Source: an uncultured Chloroflexia bacterium (GTDB taxonomy: Bacteria; Chloroflexota; Anaerolineae; CG2-30-64-16). From it: a stretch of 64,000 nt of DNA. Positions 20,121 through 32,440 of this stretch are shown here, one piece after another. The stretch covers positions 1,728,001-1,792,000 of the forward strand of contig CAWEMM010000006.1 in NCBI GenBank assembly GCA_963810095.1, read 5' to 3'. The notes under the pieces were generated by a model, which searched no databases, was not told the DNA's origin, and saw nothing but the letters and a program-made list of their open reading frames with translations. The translations under genes were made by a program, and so were the position numbers. How positions within the stretch are numbered: the first letter of the stretch is position 1; each line of letters starts with the position of its first letter.

Positions 20121-21226
20121 GCGCGCCGTTGCCCGGTCGCGGCCGCCGGGTGGCATTGGTCCATGATTGGCTGAACCAGGTTGGCGGCGCCGAGTACGTA
20201 CTCGAAGTGTTGGTGCGCCTGTTTCCGGGCGCACCGGTCTTCACCAGTATGTACGCACCCGAGCGGATGCCTGCCACCTATCGCGGCTGGGATATTCGCA
20301 CCAGCTTCATGCAGCACCTGCCCGGCGTCACGCGAAAACACCAGGCCTACATGCCGGTCTATCCCCTCGCATTCGAGCGGGTGGACCTGGCCGGGTATGA
20401 TTTGGTTTTGAGCAACAAGAGCGGGTTCTGCCACGGCGTGCGCGTCCCGCCGTCTGCGCAGCATATCTGTTACTGCCTCGCGCCGACCCGCTTTCTTTGG
20501 CAATATCAAGCTTATGCGGCACGGGAGACGTTGGGGCAGAGCGTCGACCTGGTCCTGCGTCCGCTGCTCGGTCCGCTGCGCCGTTGGGACTACGCAGCCG
20601 CCCAGCGTGTCGATCATTTCGTCGCCATTTCCCGGGAGATCCAGGAGCGCATCCGGCGCTTCTACGGGCGTGAGAGCACCGTGATCTATCCGCCAGTGGA
20701 CATCCAACGCTTCAGTCCCAGCGCAGAAGGACCGGACGACTACTTCCTGGCCGGCGGCAGGTTGATCCCCTACAAGCGGACGGACCTGGCCGTACGGGCG
20801 TGTTCGGAGTTGGGATTGCGGCTGCTGGTGTTCGGGGATGGCCGGGACCGAGCGGCGCTCGAGCAGATGGCGGGGCCGAGCGTGACGTTCCTCGGGCGCG
20901 TGCCCTCCGCCGACCTGGCCCGCCTTTACGCTCGGGCGCGGGCATTCATCTTTCCGGGCCTCGAGGATTTCGGCATTGCACCGCTCGAAGCCCAGGCGGC
21001 GGGCCGGCCGGTGATCGCGTTCGCCGGCGGTGGCGCGCTGGAGACGGTGATCCCCGGGCGCACGGGCGAATTCTTCGGGCAACAGACGGTCGAGTCGCTG
21101 AAGAAGGCGCTGGCAGACTTCGATCCCGCCGCGTACGACCCGCAAGCGTGCCGGGCGAATGCCGAGCAGTTTCGCGAAGAGCGGTTCGTCGAAGAGCTTC
21201 GGTGTTTCATCGAGAAGGTGCAGTAG
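20117..21226 (+). CDS. Glycosyltransferase family 4
   Basis: VHDWLNQVGGAE and EDFGIAPLEAQAAG. Confidence 0.92.
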   Translation: MSAPLPGRGRRVALVHDWLNQVGGAEYVLEVLVRLFPGAPVFTSMYAPERMPATYRGWDIRTSFMQHLPGVTRKHQAYMPVYPLAFERVDLAGYDLVLSNKSGFCHGVRVPPSAQHICYCLAPTRFLWQYQAYAARETLGQSVDLVLRPLLGPLRRWDYAAAQRVDHFVAISREIQERIRRFYGRESTVIYPPVDIQRFSPSAEGPDDYFLAGGRLIPYKRTDLAVRACSELGLRLLVFGDGRDRAALEQMAGPSVTFLGRVPSADLARLYARARAFIFPGLEDFGIAPLEAQAAGRPVIAFAGGGALETVIPGRTGEFFGQQTVESLKKALADFDPAAYDPQACRANAEQFREERFVEELRCFIEKVQ

Positions 21227-21235
21227 GAACCCTGT

Positions 21236-21928
21236 ATGGAGCTAAGAGCATATTGGAGGATCGTGGCGCGGCGTTGGTGGCTGCCGGTCGGCCTAGCGCT
21301 GCTGGTCGGCGCGCTGACCCTGTTGATGCAGCGCCCCTGGCAGACACCGCCGGCAAGCTACACGGCGAGCATGCGTTTCAACGTGGGCATCAAGCCCGAA
21401 CGCGTCCCCGGCGTGTATACCTACGATCGCTACTACACGATGCTTACGTCAGAGTACCTGGTGGACGACCTCGGTGAGATCGTGCGCAGCCAGGCCTTTG
21501 CCGCGGAGGTAAGCAGGCGGCTCGCGGACCAGGGTATTGTAATTCCGGCGGGTGCAATCGGGGCCAGTACGCAGCCCGGAAAGCTGCACCGGATCATGAC
21601 CGTCAACGTGGGCTGGCCGAACCAGGAGCAGATTGGCGCGATCGCTAACGCTATTGCGGCCACCTTGACCGAAAGCTCGGCGGATTTCTTCAGCCAGTTC
21701 AGCGCGGACGAGGCCGACATTCGCCTGATCGACCCGCCGGTCGTGGGCACGGCCGGCCGGCCGGCGCGCGACCAGCTTGACCTACCCTTGCGGATGCTGC
21801 TGGCCTTTGCCGCAGGAATTGCCCTCGCGTTCCTGCTCGATTATCTGGACCGGTCGGTGCGCGGCCGGGATGATCTCGAAGCGCTCGGCTTGCCAGTCCT
21901 GACGGAGATTCCGCGGGGCCGGCGGTAG
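21236..21928 (+). CDS. Wzz/CpsC-like polysaccharide chain-length determinant
   Basis: MELRAYWRIVARRWW, two TM helices, and C-terminal YLDRSVR...LGLPVLTEIP. Confidence 0.8.
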   Translation: MELRAYWRIVARRWWLPVGLALLVGALTLLMQRPWQTPPASYTASMRFNVGIKPERVPGVYTYDRYYTMLTSEYLVDDLGEIVRSQAFAAEVSRRLADQGIVIPAGAIGASTQPGKLHRIMTVNVGWPNQEQIGAIANAIAATLTESSADFFSQFSADEADIRLIDPPVVGTAGRPARDQLDLPLRMLLAFAAGIALAFLLDYLDRSVRGRDDLEALGLPVLTEIPRGRR

Positions 21929-22030
21929 ACCTCCTTAACTGATCTGAAATGGGACGCTGATGCAACTGATTGAACTGATCTGCACTGTCCTTTGGGTCAA
22001 GATCTGAAGGACCCCGAAGGTCTTGCCCCG

Positions 22031-22855
22031 CTAGCCGGCGGCTTGCAGCGGCTGGGGCCGCTGCTGCGAACGCAACACCACCCAGATCACTACGAAATAC
22101 GCCAGGTAGGCCAGCGTCTCAAACAGGGCGGGGTTCGCGTTGTAGCCGAACAGCGTCTTGAGCAATAAGCCGAGCCCGGCCTGGTCGCTCAGCAGCGGGC
22201 CGATGTTGTAGAGCGGCTCTACGAGCGCGGGTACGACCCCGGCTTCGACCAGCTCGTGCATGCCGTACGCCACCATCCCCGCAGCAAAGACGATCAGCAG
22301 CAGACTCGTGATCCGGAAGAAGACCTTCAGGTTCAGCCGCACTGACCCGGCAAACAGCAGATACCCCAGGCCCGCTGCAAGCAGTAGCCCCGCCACCGCA
22401 CCGATGACCGTCTGCAGGCCGGAGGTGGCGAAGGTGGCGGCGACGAGGAAGAGCGCGAGCTCGATTCCCTCGCGGAACACGGCGAGGAAGGCCAGGAGGA
22501 ACAGGCTGACCTGGCTCCGCCGGCCTGGGCCGGTCGCGGTGCGAACGCCGGCGCTCAGCCGGCCTTGAATCTGGCCCCCTTCGCGCTGCATCCAGAAGAT
22601 CATCCAGGTGAGCACGGCAGCGGCCAACAACATCGTTGTGCCTTCGAATACCTGCGCCGCGGCGCCCTCGAATTCGGCGCCGATGGCATCCAGGCCGACG
22701 GCCACCAGGGCGCTGGCCAGCACCGCGGCGGCCACCCCGAGCCAGACAAAAACGATCCTGTCGCGGCGGCCCAGCCGGGTCAACGCTCCCAACACAATGC
22801 CGACAATCAGTGCGGCTTCCAACCCCTCACGAAGACTGAGCAAAAAAGCGGGCAT
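22031..22855 (-). CDS. FTR1/EfeU family iron permease
   Basis: Two RExxE motifs (REGLE, REGIE), hydrophobic. Confidence 0.92.
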   Translation of the reverse strand: MPAFLLSLREGLEAALIVGIVLGALTRLGRRDRIVFVWLGVAAAVLASALVAVGLDAIGAEFEGAAAQVFEGTTMLLAAAVLTWMIFWMQREGGQIQGRLSAGVRTATGPGRRSQVSLFLLAFLAVFREGIELALFLVAATFATSGLQTVIGAVAGLLLAAGLGYLLFAGSVRLNLKVFFRITSLLLIVFAAGMVAYGMHELVEAGVVPALVEPLYNIGPLLSDQAGLGLLLKTLFGYNANPALFETLAYLAYFVVIWVVLRSQQRPQPLQAAG

Positions 22856-22999
22856 CGCCCCTCTTTCTATCGACGCGTCGTTTGAGTAACTTGTCTCCCG
22901 CCTGTCACGCGCATAACGCGCGCGGCGGAAGATCGATACTGGCAGATGAATTAAAGTATATTGTTATTGCGAAAACTGTCAAAAATAGCGCGGGTAAGG

Positions 23000-23145
23000 C
23001 TATCCACAGGACCCGCGGAGCAGGTCGGGAAACGCAATACTAGATATAGGGGGTAGGGTCGACGGAAGTTGCAGGTGCGGTATCGGACGGCGGCTTATCC
23101 ACAATGCGAGGTAGTTATGCACAGAGAACCGGGGTGTTATCCACA
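23000..23145. promoter_or_regulatory. DnaA-box cluster, putative oriC
   Basis: TTATCCACA at 23095 and 23137, TTATGCACA at 23115 and CTATCCACA at 23000, all co-oriented and directly downstream of dnaA. Confidence 0.7.
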
Positions 23146-23209
23146 AATCGTAGGCCGGAACGCCATTTATGTGGCGCCGGCCTACGACAAAAGCATCAAC
23201 GGTTGCGGG

Positions 23210-24646
23210 TCACCGGACCCGGATCGGCTCATAGAGGCGGTTGCGAAATGCACCAACGGTCTGCGCGAGATTCGGGTCCCGTTCCATCTCCGTAACTACC
23301 CGGTCGATGCCGTGCATGACGGTGGTGTGGTCCCGATCGAGAATCTGGCCGATTTGGGGGAGGGACGTCCCCAGTTCCTCGCGCATCACGTACATCACGA
23401 TTTGTCGGGGCAGAGCGATCTTTGCGCTGCGGCTGCGCCCGGTCAACTCGACGACCGGCACGGCGAAGAACTCCGCGGCGCTGTTGAGGATGGTTTCCGG
23501 GGTTAACTTGCCTTGCGCGGGCGCCAGGTAGGCCAGCGCTTCCTCCACGACGGACACACTGATGGGCCGGCGGAAGGTTTCGGCGTGGGCCACGACCTTT
23601 GTCAGCGCGCCTTCCAGGTCACGGATGTTGCGGTGGGCGCGCTGGGCAATCGCCAGGAGAACGTCGTCGGCGACATGGCGGCCCATGGACGCGGCCTTGC
23701 TTTGCAGAATCGCCACCCGGGTTTCCAGGTTGGGCGGCTGGATGTCGGCAATCATGCCCCAGGCGAAGCGGGACCGAAGCCGGTCTTCAAGCGTCGGGAT
23801 GGCCTGCGGCGCGCGGTCGCTCGTCATCACGATCTGCCGGTTTGACGAGTGGAGCGCATTGAAGGTGTGGAAAAACTCCTCTTGCGTCTGTTCTTTGCCG
23901 GCGATAAAGTGCACGTCGTCCAACAGAAGAACGTCGATGTTGCGGTATTTGGCCCGGAAGTCGTCCGTCGAGCCAGTGCGGATGGCGACGATCAATTCAT
24001 TCGTGAACACCTCAGACGTGACGTACAGCACACGCTGGCCTTCGAGTTGGACGGCATGTCCCACGGCCTGGAGCAGGTGGGTTTTGCCCAAGCCGCTGCC
24101 GCCGTAGATGAAGAGCGGGTTGTAGGCGGTGCCGGGGCGCTCTGCCACGGCCATCGCAGATGCGTGAGCCATCCGGTTGGCCGCACCCACGATGAAGCTC
24201 TCAAAATTATAGCGCGGATTCAACCCGGCGCTTTCTGCCGGGCCTGGTGATGGTGGCATGGTCCTGTTGAGGGGGGCGGCGTGGACCGGCTGAGCCGGCG
24301 ATGCCTGGGCCCCCGGCGCCTGCTCCACCTCGAGCAATGGGGCGGGACTTGGTTCAGGGCCATCGGAGACGGGCGTGGACTGAACGACAAAAGTAACGTC
24401 GACGGCACGGCCCACGATACTGACCAGTGTCGATTTGATCAGGCGGCGGAGCCGCAGCTGCAGCCACTCTCTGGCGTAGGCGTTATGGACTCCAATGATG
24501 AAAGCGCCGTCCTCGTGCGCGAGGCAGGTCGTATCCCGCACCCACGTGTCGTAGGTGCTTTGCGGCAGCTGCAGGCGCAGGTGGCTGCGGGCGATCTCCC
24601 AGATCTCCTTGGCGGAACGACTATCCGGGCTATCAGGCGCGTACAT
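23210..24646 (-). CDS. dnaA: Chromosomal replication initiator
   Basis: YNPLFIYGGSGLGKTHL, LLLDDVHF, QEEFFHTFN and RDHTTVMH. Start at 24646 (GGAG RBS) or 24700. Confidence 0.97.
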   Translation of the reverse strand: MYAPDSPDSRSAKEIWEIARSHLRLQLPQSTYDTWVRDTTCLAHEDGAFIIGVHNAYAREWLQLRLRRLIKSTLVSIVGRAVDVTFVVQSTPVSDGPEPSPAPLLEVEQAPGAQASPAQPVHAAPLNRTMPPSPGPAESAGLNPRYNFESFIVGAANRMAHASAMAVAERPGTAYNPLFIYGGSGLGKTHLLQAVGHAVQLEGQRVLYVTSEVFTNELIVAIRTGSTDDFRAKYRNIDVLLLDDVHFIAGKEQTQEEFFHTFNALHSSNRQIVMTSDRAPQAIPTLEDRLRSRFAWGMIADIQPPNLETRVAILQSKAASMGRHVADDVLLAIAQRAHRNIRDLEGALTKVVAHAETFRRPISVSVVEEALAYLAPAQGKLTPETILNSAAEFFAVPVVELTGRSRSAKIALPRQIVMYVMREELGTSLPQIGQILDRDHTTVMHGIDRVVTEMERDPNLAQTVGAFRNRLYEPIRVR

Positions 24647-25112
24647 ATCGCTTAACTCCAATACGTTGTCGGGACTCCAACGCTTCGGAACAAAAATCAC
24701 TCGTTATTCAACTCGCCCGCAAGAGGGCGAACGCGTCCAGACGCTTGTCGTTTAGGCAAGCGTTTGCTGTGCAAACGACCGAATACCGATCGACGATCTG
24801 CGACGGCGTAGAACGCCGCCTGCGGCAGAATAAGAGGGATGTCAGCTCGAACCGCCATCCGGGGGGGTTATGCAGCGGCGACAGCAGATGGCGTCTGGCT
24901 TCGTTGCGGGTGAGATAATAGCACCGGCGCCATTCGGCGGCAAGTCGGCAGTTCAAAGGCAAGTGCCGGGGCGGTAGCTACTTATGTATAACTGCCTCCA
25001 GCGCACGGCCGTGCTACGCGATATATGGGGGCCGGGTCTGGTTGCGCTACCGATTGTCGACCGGCGGGCGCCAGATTTCTCCAACCTTAAATATCCGGCC
25101 GCGTTTTTTTCG

Positions 25113-26636
25113 TTAAGGTTTGTTATCGTCAACCTGCAACTTGTAGATTTCCGCGTACTTGCGCGTCAGATAAGCGATGTAATCGCCCGTGCTTGGAGGC
25201 TTGCCCGTGGCCTCGAGAATCAGATCCTTGGGCCGGTAGAGCTTTCCATAACAGTGGATATGGTCGCGCATCCAGCGCAGGGGCTGGCTGAAGTCGCCCG
25301 TGGCCATCTGCCAGTCCAGATCGGGCACGTCTCGGCGCAGGGCCGCCTCGAGCTGAGCCGCGTACACAGTGCCGAGCGAGTAGGTTGGGAAGTAGCCGAA
25401 ATAGGCCCAGGACCAGTGGACGTCCTGGAGCACGCCCTCGCGATCGGTCGCCGGGGTAATGCCGAGATAGCGCTGGTACTGGCTGTTCCAGGCGTCGGGC
25501 AGGTCGGCCGGCCGAAGTGCGTCGCGGAACAGGTCCCGCTCGATCTCGAACCGCACCATGATGTGGAGATTGTACGTCACCTCGTCGGCCTCGACCCGGA
25601 TTAGGGAGGGGCAGACGTCGTTGACGAGGCAGTAGAAGTCCTCGAACTTGATGTGGTCGACCAGCCCCGGGAACTCCGCCTGGAAGCGCGGGTACCAGTA
25701 CTGCCAGAAAGCATGGCTGCGGCCGATGTTGTTCTCGAAGAAGCGGCTTTGGCTCTCGTGGATGCCAAGGCTCACCGTTTCGCCCAGGGGGGTGCCCTCG
25801 TGTTCCTCTGGTACGCCCTGGTCGTACATGCCGTGGCCCGCCTCGTGGATCGTGCCCATGAGCGACTGGAACGGCCAGAGCAGGTCGTATCTCGTGGTGA
25901 GGCGCACATCCTGGCGGCCGAAGCTGGTGGTGAACGGGTGGGTGGCGATGTCGAGGCGGCCCGCATCGTAGTCAAAGCCGAGGGCCTTCGTGACGGCCAG
26001 CCCCATGGCCTGCTGCCCCGCAATCGGGAACTCGGCCTTACGCAGCAGCGCCCCGTCGCCCTTCACGGGCGACGCCAGAATGCGCTGGAACAGCGGCACG
26101 AGATGCGTGCGCAGGTCGGCAAAGAAACCGTCGATGTCGGCCGTCGTCAGCCCGGGCTCGTACAGGTCGAGGAGCGCGTCGTACCGCTCGCCCTCCCATT
26201 CGAGGCGATCGGCAATCTCTCGGCTGAGCGCAATGAGCTCGCCGACAAGTGGTGCGAACGCGGCATAGCGATTGTTCGCACGAGCCTCCTGCCAGACGTT
26301 GTTGGCCTGTGCGGTTAGCTCGGCGCGGCGGCGGACGAGCTCGTGTGGCAGCTTGGTCGCCTGCGTGTAGTCGCGGCGCCATTCGCGCAGGTTTGCCCTC
26401 GGCCCGTCCGGCCAGTCACCCTGCTCGGCGGTGTCCAAGAGCTCGCCAATGCGGGGGTCGGCCTGCTTGCGGTGAGCCAGCTCCTGCAGGTACCCTGCCA
26501 TGACGGCCCGGTGGGCAATCCCGGCCGGGGGCATATTCACCCGCTGGTCCCACCCGACCAGCGCGTTGACCGAGCCGATGGTAAACAGTTCCTTCGAGCG
26601 CGCAACCAGTTCGTCGTAGGCTTCCTGTGGTTTCAT
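25113..26636 (-). CDS. M32 family carboxypeptidase
   Basis: HPF, HEAGH, HESQSRF, IRVEADE and QDVHW motifs. Confidence 0.95.
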   Translation of the reverse strand: MKPQEAYDELVARSKELFTIGSVNALVGWDQRVNMPPAGIAHRAVMAGYLQELAHRKQADPRIGELLDTAEQGDWPDGPRANLREWRRDYTQATKLPHELVRRRAELTAQANNVWQEARANNRYAAFAPLVGELIALSREIADRLEWEGERYDALLDLYEPGLTTADIDGFFADLRTHLVPLFQRILASPVKGDGALLRKAEFPIAGQQAMGLAVTKALGFDYDAGRLDIATHPFTTSFGRQDVRLTTRYDLLWPFQSLMGTIHEAGHGMYDQGVPEEHEGTPLGETVSLGIHESQSRFFENNIGRSHAFWQYWYPRFQAEFPGLVDHIKFEDFYCLVNDVCPSLIRVEADEVTYNLHIMVRFEIERDLFRDALRPADLPDAWNSQYQRYLGITPATDREGVLQDVHWSWAYFGYFPTYSLGTVYAAQLEAALRRDVPDLDWQMATGDFSQPLRWMRDHIHCYGKLYRPKDLILEATGKPPSTGDYIAYLTRKYAEIYKLQVDDNKP

Positions 26637-26648
26637 GGTTCTCTGCCC

Positions 26649-28331
26649 CTATTCGTTGCCGCCAGCTGCGCCTAACATGGGGATTTTAACCCCCATTCGC
26701 CGGGCGGCCGCGATGGCCTCGGGGTAGCCCGCGTCTGCATGGCGCGCAATCCCCATGCCCGGGTCCGAAGTGAGCACTCGCTCGAGCCGCCGCGCGGCTG
26801 CGGGCGTGCCGTCGGCCACGATCACCTGGCCGGCATGCTGGCTGTAGCCGATCCCGACGCCGCCCCCGTGATGGAAGCTGACCCAGGTGGCGCCGCCCAC
26901 CGCATTCACCAATGCGTTGAGGATTGGCCAGTCTGAGATGGCATCGGAGCCGTCGCGCATAGCCTCAGTTTCGCGGTTCGGGCTGGCGACGCTGCCGGCG
27001 TCGAGATGGTCCCGTCCGATGACAATGGGCGCCTTGACGCGGCCCGCCGCGACTGCTTCGTTAAACGCCAATCCGGCCCGGGCGCGTTCCCCGTATTTGA
27101 GCCAGCAGATGCGTGCGGGCAACCCTTGCCACGCAATGCGTTCGCGGGCCATGGTGATCCAGCGCCGCAGGTGTTCATTGTCGGGAAACAGGTCCAGGAT
27201 GATCCGGTCGGTCTCGTAAATGTCCTCGGGATCGCCGCTCAGCGCGACCCAGCGGAACGGGCCCGAGCCCTCGCAGAAGAGGGGCCGGATGTACGCCGGC
27301 ACAAAGCCGGGATAGTCGAAGGCGTCTTTCACGCCATAGTCAAAGGCGCGCTGGCGCAAGTTGTTGCCGTAGTCGAACACGACGCTGCCCGCACGCTGGA
27401 AGGCCAGCATGGCGCGGACATGGTCGGCCATGCTGGCCATCGCGCGTTCCTGGTAGCCCGCCGGGTCGGCGACCCTCATAGCGGCGGCCTGGTCAAGCGT
27501 CATCCCGGCCGGGATATAGCCCAACAGCGGATCGTGGGCGCTCGTTTGGTCGGTCACCACGTCGGGGCGCACCCCACGCGCGACCAACTCGGGCAGCACT
27601 TCCGCGGCGTTGCCGAGCAAGCCGATCGACTTGGCCTCGCCCCGGGCTGCCGCTTCTTCGGCCCACGTCATGGCCTCTTCGAGGCTATCGGTCGCCACGT
27701 CGAGGTAGCGGTGCTGCAGGCGGCGGTCGATGCGCCACCGGTCGACCTCGACCACCACGGCCACGCCCCCATTCATCGTGACTGCCAGCGGCTGCGCGCC
27801 CCCCATCTCGCCGAGGCCCGCGGTCAGCACGACCTTGCCCTGGAGAACCCCGGCATCGTGGGACCCCCAGCCGTGCAGCCGGCCCAGGCTGCCGAAGGTT
27901 TCGTAGGTGCCCTGCAGGATGCCCTGCGTCCCGATATAGATCCAACTGCCGGCGGTCATCTGGCCGTACATGATCAGCCCGGCCTTTTCCCACTCGTCGA
28001 AGTTGGCCTGTGTGGCCCAGTGGGGCACGATGTTGGAGTTGGCGATGAGCACCCGCGGTGCGTCCTCGTGGGTGCGGAACACGACAACCGGCTTGCCCGA
28101 CTGCACGAGGAGCGTTTCGTCCGGCTCGAGATCGCGCAGGCTCTGCAGGATGGCATCGTAGCACGCCCAGTTGCGTGCGGCGCGGCCGCGGCCGCCGTAC
28201 ACGATCAGGTCGTCAGGATACGCCGCGACCTCAGGGTCCAGGTTGTTCTGGATCATGCGGTAGGCGGCCTCGATGAGCCAGTTCTTGCACGTCAGTTCGG
28301 TCCCGCGGGGTGCGCGAATCACTCGGGCCAT
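26649..28331 (-). CDS. hutU: Urocanate hydratase
   Basis: [32 protein letters not shown] and HHGGGVG. Confidence 0.97.
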   Translation of the reverse strand: MARVIRAPRGTELTCKNWLIEAAYRMIQNNLDPEVAAYPDDLIVYGGRGRAARNWACYDAILQSLRDLEPDETLLVQSGKPVVVFRTHEDAPRVLIANSNIVPHWATQANFDEWEKAGLIMYGQMTAGSWIYIGTQGILQGTYETFGSLGRLHGWGSHDAGVLQGKVVLTAGLGEMGGAQPLAVTMNGGVAVVVEVDRWRIDRRLQHRYLDVATDSLEEAMTWAEEAAARGEAKSIGLLGNAAEVLPELVARGVRPDVVTDQTSAHDPLLGYIPAGMTLDQAAAMRVADPAGYQERAMASMADHVRAMLAFQRAGSVVFDYGNNLRQRAFDYGVKDAFDYPGFVPAYIRPLFCEGSGPFRWVALSGDPEDIYETDRIILDLFPDNEHLRRWITMARERIAWQGLPARICWLKYGERARAGLAFNEAVAAGRVKAPIVIGRDHLDAGSVASPNRETEAMRDGSDAISDWPILNALVNAVGGATWVSFHHGGGVGIGYSQHAGQVIVADGTPAAARRLERVLTSDPGMGIARHADAGYPEAIAAARRMGVKIPMLGAAGGNE

Positions 28332-28353
28332 CGTAATCCTCCTCGGCGAAACG

Positions 28354-28404
28354 AGACCTTCGAGGTTGCGCCGCCTTCGGCGGCGGTCGAAACCTCGAAG
28401 GCCT
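28354..28404. repeat. REP-like palindrome, family D (AGACCTTCGAGGTT...AACCTCGAAGGCCT)
   Basis: Related copies at about 21999-22024, 31554-31585 and 63901-63935. Confidence 0.6.
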
Positions 28405-28413
28405 GGCGATGCG

Positions 28414-29833
<1,420 letters not shown>

Positions 29834-29978
29834 ACTGCCTCCTTTGGCTGTATCGTTATCCGCGCGTCGTTGCGCGGGGGATTCAGAACTTACAGGAAGA
29901 ACCGACGAACCTGAGGTTCACGAAGCGTAAAAGGGCCGGGCCCAACTTCGGTTCTTGGGTTCTTCGTGTTTGCTTCAC

Positions 29979-31535
29979 CTACTCGCAGAGCACCTCGGCC
30001 ACGGCCCGACTGATGCTGCCGCCTGCAACCAGCTCGTAGACTGCATTCATGTGCGGGTACATCACCTCGTCGCGCTCGATGAACGGCACACGCGCGCGAA
30101 CAAGCTCGTACGTCACCTTCGTACCACAGCCTTGTTCGGCGCCAGGCATGACTTGCCGGCGGAAATCCAGCCCTTGCGCGGCAGCCAGCAGCTCGATGGC
30201 GACGATCCGTGCCACGTTTCCGATGATCTGGCGCGCACGGCGGCCCGCGATGGGACCGTTGGAGACGTGGTCCTCCCAGTTGGCCGAGGTGGGGATGGTG
30301 TCGGCGCTGGCCGGGTGGACGAGGGTCTTGTTCTCCGACGCAAGGGCCGCGGCGGTGTACTGAACCAGCATAAAGCCGGAGTTGAGCCCGCCTTGGGTCG
30401 TGAGGAAATCGGGCAGCGCGGTCCGGTTGCTGCAGCCATCCGTCAGGCGCGTCACCCGGCGCTCGGACATGTTGCCCAGGTCTGCCATGCCCAGGCCGAG
30501 ATAGTCGAACGCGATGGCGAGGGGTTCGCCGTGGAAATTGCCGCCGCTGATCGCAATGGCAGCCCCGTCGGGCTCGAAGAAGATCAGGGGGTTGTCCGTC
30601 GCGCTGTTCAGCTCGATCTCCACCACCCAGCGGGCGTACTTGATCGCGTCGCGGCATGCGCCGTGCACCTGGGGGATGCAGCGCAGGGTGTACGCGTCCT
30701 GCACGTCGGGGTGGTCGGGCGGGCGCACAAAGGTGGAGCCGCTCAGCAGGCGGCGCATGGACGCGGCGGAATCGATCTGCCGGGGGTGGGGGCGGGCGGC
30801 GTGGAGCCGCTCGTCAAGCGCCCAGAGCGTGCCGAACAATGCCTCGGTGCTCAATGCCCCGACGGCGTCGGCGCAGAGCGCCACGTTCTCCGCTTCGACC
30901 ACCGCAAGACAGCCCAACGCGGCCATCAGTGCGGTGCCGTTGGTCAGGGCGAGGCCCTCTTTCGCCTCGAGGGTGACCGGGGCCAACCCCGCCCGGCCGA
31001 GCGCTTCCGCACCGGGCAGGCGCTCGCCGGCGAACTCGGCTTCGCCCAGTCCGATGATGACGAGCGCAATGTGGGCCAGGGGCGCAAGGTCACCGGATGC
31101 GCCCAGGGAGCCCTGGCACGGCACGACGGGATGCACGCCGCGCTCGAGCATGTCAAGCAGCAGGCGGAGCGTCTGCACCCGGATCCCCGAATGGCCCTTC
31201 GCAAGCGTGTTGGCGCGGATGAGCATCATGGCCCGCACGAGGGCTCTTTCCAGCGGCTCGCCCACCCCAACCGAATGCGACATAACGATGTTGCGTTGCA
31301 GCTCGCGCACTTGGTCGGGCGGGATGACGCGATCCTTGAACGCGCCGAAGCCGGTGGTAATCCCGTAGATGATCCGCCCCTGGCTCACGAACTGCTCGAC
31401 TGCGGAGCGGGCCGCCTGCACGCGTGCTTCGGCGCCTGGCGTCAGGGCGATGCGCACGCTGCCTGCGCCGGCCTGCGCGACGTAGAGCACGTCTTCGATG
31501 GTGAGGCTTTCGCCGTCCAGTTCGAGTTGAAACAA
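29979..31535 (-). CDS. hutH: Histidine ammonia-lyase
   Basis: MIO-forming GSLGASGDLAP, YGITTGFG, SH substrate motif, QDAYTLRC and GGNFHG. Confidence 0.95.
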   Translation of the reverse strand: MFQLELDGESLTIEDVLYVAQAGAGSVRIALTPGAEARVQAARSAVEQFVSQGRIIYGITTGFGAFKDRVIPPDQVRELQRNIVMSHSVGVGEPLERALVRAMMLIRANTLAKGHSGIRVQTLRLLLDMLERGVHPVVPCQGSLGASGDLAPLAHIALVIIGLGEAEFAGERLPGAEALGRAGLAPVTLEAKEGLALTNGTALMAALGCLAVVEAENVALCADAVGALSTEALFGTLWALDERLHAARPHPRQIDSAASMRRLLSGSTFVRPPDHPDVQDAYTLRCIPQVHGACRDAIKYARWVVEIELNSATDNPLIFFEPDGAAIAISGGNFHGEPLAIAFDYLGLGMADLGNMSERRVTRLTDGCSNRTALPDFLTTQGGLNSGFMLVQYTAAALASENKTLVHPASADTIPTSANWEDHVSNGPIAGRRARQIIGNVARIVAIELLAAAQGLDFRRQVMPGAEQGCGTKVTYELVRARVPFIERDEVMYPHMNAVYELVAGGSISRAVAEVLCE

Positions 31536-31582
31536 GGGGTTTCTCCCGGAAATGGACCTCCGAGGCCTTCAGAACCCGGAGG

Positions 31583-32035
31583 TCAGTCCTCGCCCGCCGC
31601 GGCCAGGCGCGCGCGTTCGATCATGTCGCGGGTCGCGGGCAGCAGGGGGTACGCGTCCAGTTCCTCCACGGGCACCCAGCGCAACTCCGCCGCGTCGTCG
31701 CCGATGGCAACATCGCCGCCGACGTAGGTCGCCAGGTAATCGACCACGACATAGTGGTAGCGGATACGGCCGTCGTCGTCGCGCACGATGGGCTCGAACA
31801 CGCCCAACAGCGGCCCCACGCTGACCTCGATGTTGCACTCCTCGCGCACCTCGCGGGCTACGGCCTGAATGAGCGTCTCGCCGACATCGACGAGGCCGCC
31901 GGGCAGCGACCAGGAGCCTTGCGCGGGCGGCTGGCCGCGGCGCTCGAGCAACACGGCGCCGGCGCGCCACACTACTGCACCCACGCCAACCATGGGCCGC
32001 TTAGGATAGAGCCGCTCCGACCGGTCTTCCGTCAT
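31583..32035 (-). CDS. NUDIX hydrolase
   Basis: Nudix box GGLVDVGETLIQAVAREVREEC. Confidence 0.9.
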   Translation of the reverse strand: MTEDRSERLYPKRPMVGVGAVVWRAGAVLLERRGQPPAQGSWSLPGGLVDVGETLIQAVAREVREECNIEVSVGPLLGVFEPIVRDDDGRIRYHYVVVDYLATYVGGDVAIGDDAAELRWVPVEELDAYPLLPATRDMIERARLAAAGED

Positions 32036-32161
32036 CAGCTTGCACTCACCCGCTTGCACTCGTTCCTGTCGGGCCGTAAAAAAGCCCCTGCCCCCCGGAG
32101 CTCCCTGCTGGGCAGGGCGGCTCCGCGCTGGCAGAGGCTTGGAGAAGTCCGCTCGGGCGGC

Positions 32162-32440
32162 TTACTTCTTTGCCGAGTACCCGGGGCCAGTCTTGAAAAA
32201 GGCCGCGTTGAGGGCGATCGAATCGACGTACTGCGGGAACTCGATCTTCAGGTCGTCTTCGGGGCGGATCGCGTCGACCGGGCATTCCGGCACGCAGGCG
32301 CCGCAGTCGATGCAGGTGTCCGGGTCGATGTAGAACCAGGGCCACTCCGCCTCGGGCTCGCCGGCGATGATGCATTCCACCGGGCAAACCTCTGCGCAGG
32401 CCCCATCGCGAATGCACAGATCAAAGATTACATGTGTCAT
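32162..32440 (-). CDS. Dicluster ferredoxin
   Basis: CIRDGACAEVCP and CIDCGACVPECP; own TTGACA-17-TAGAAT promoter at 32508-32536 on the minus strand. Confidence 0.92.
   Translation of the reverse strand: MTHVIFDLCIRDGACAEVCPVECIIAGEPEAEWPWFYIDPDTCIDCGACVPECPVDAIRPEDDLKIEFPQYVDSIALNAAFFKTGPGYSAKK

Noticed and set aside
22947-22987. AT-rich tract as the oriC unwinding element
   Set aside because: It is equally well explained by the FTR1 promoter (minus strand TTGACA-16-TATACT), so it was not assigned.
24700-25112. ORFs or a structured RNA upstream of dnaA
   Set aside because: The ORFs lack coding features and no known RNA motif was recognised. Treated as promoter/leader.
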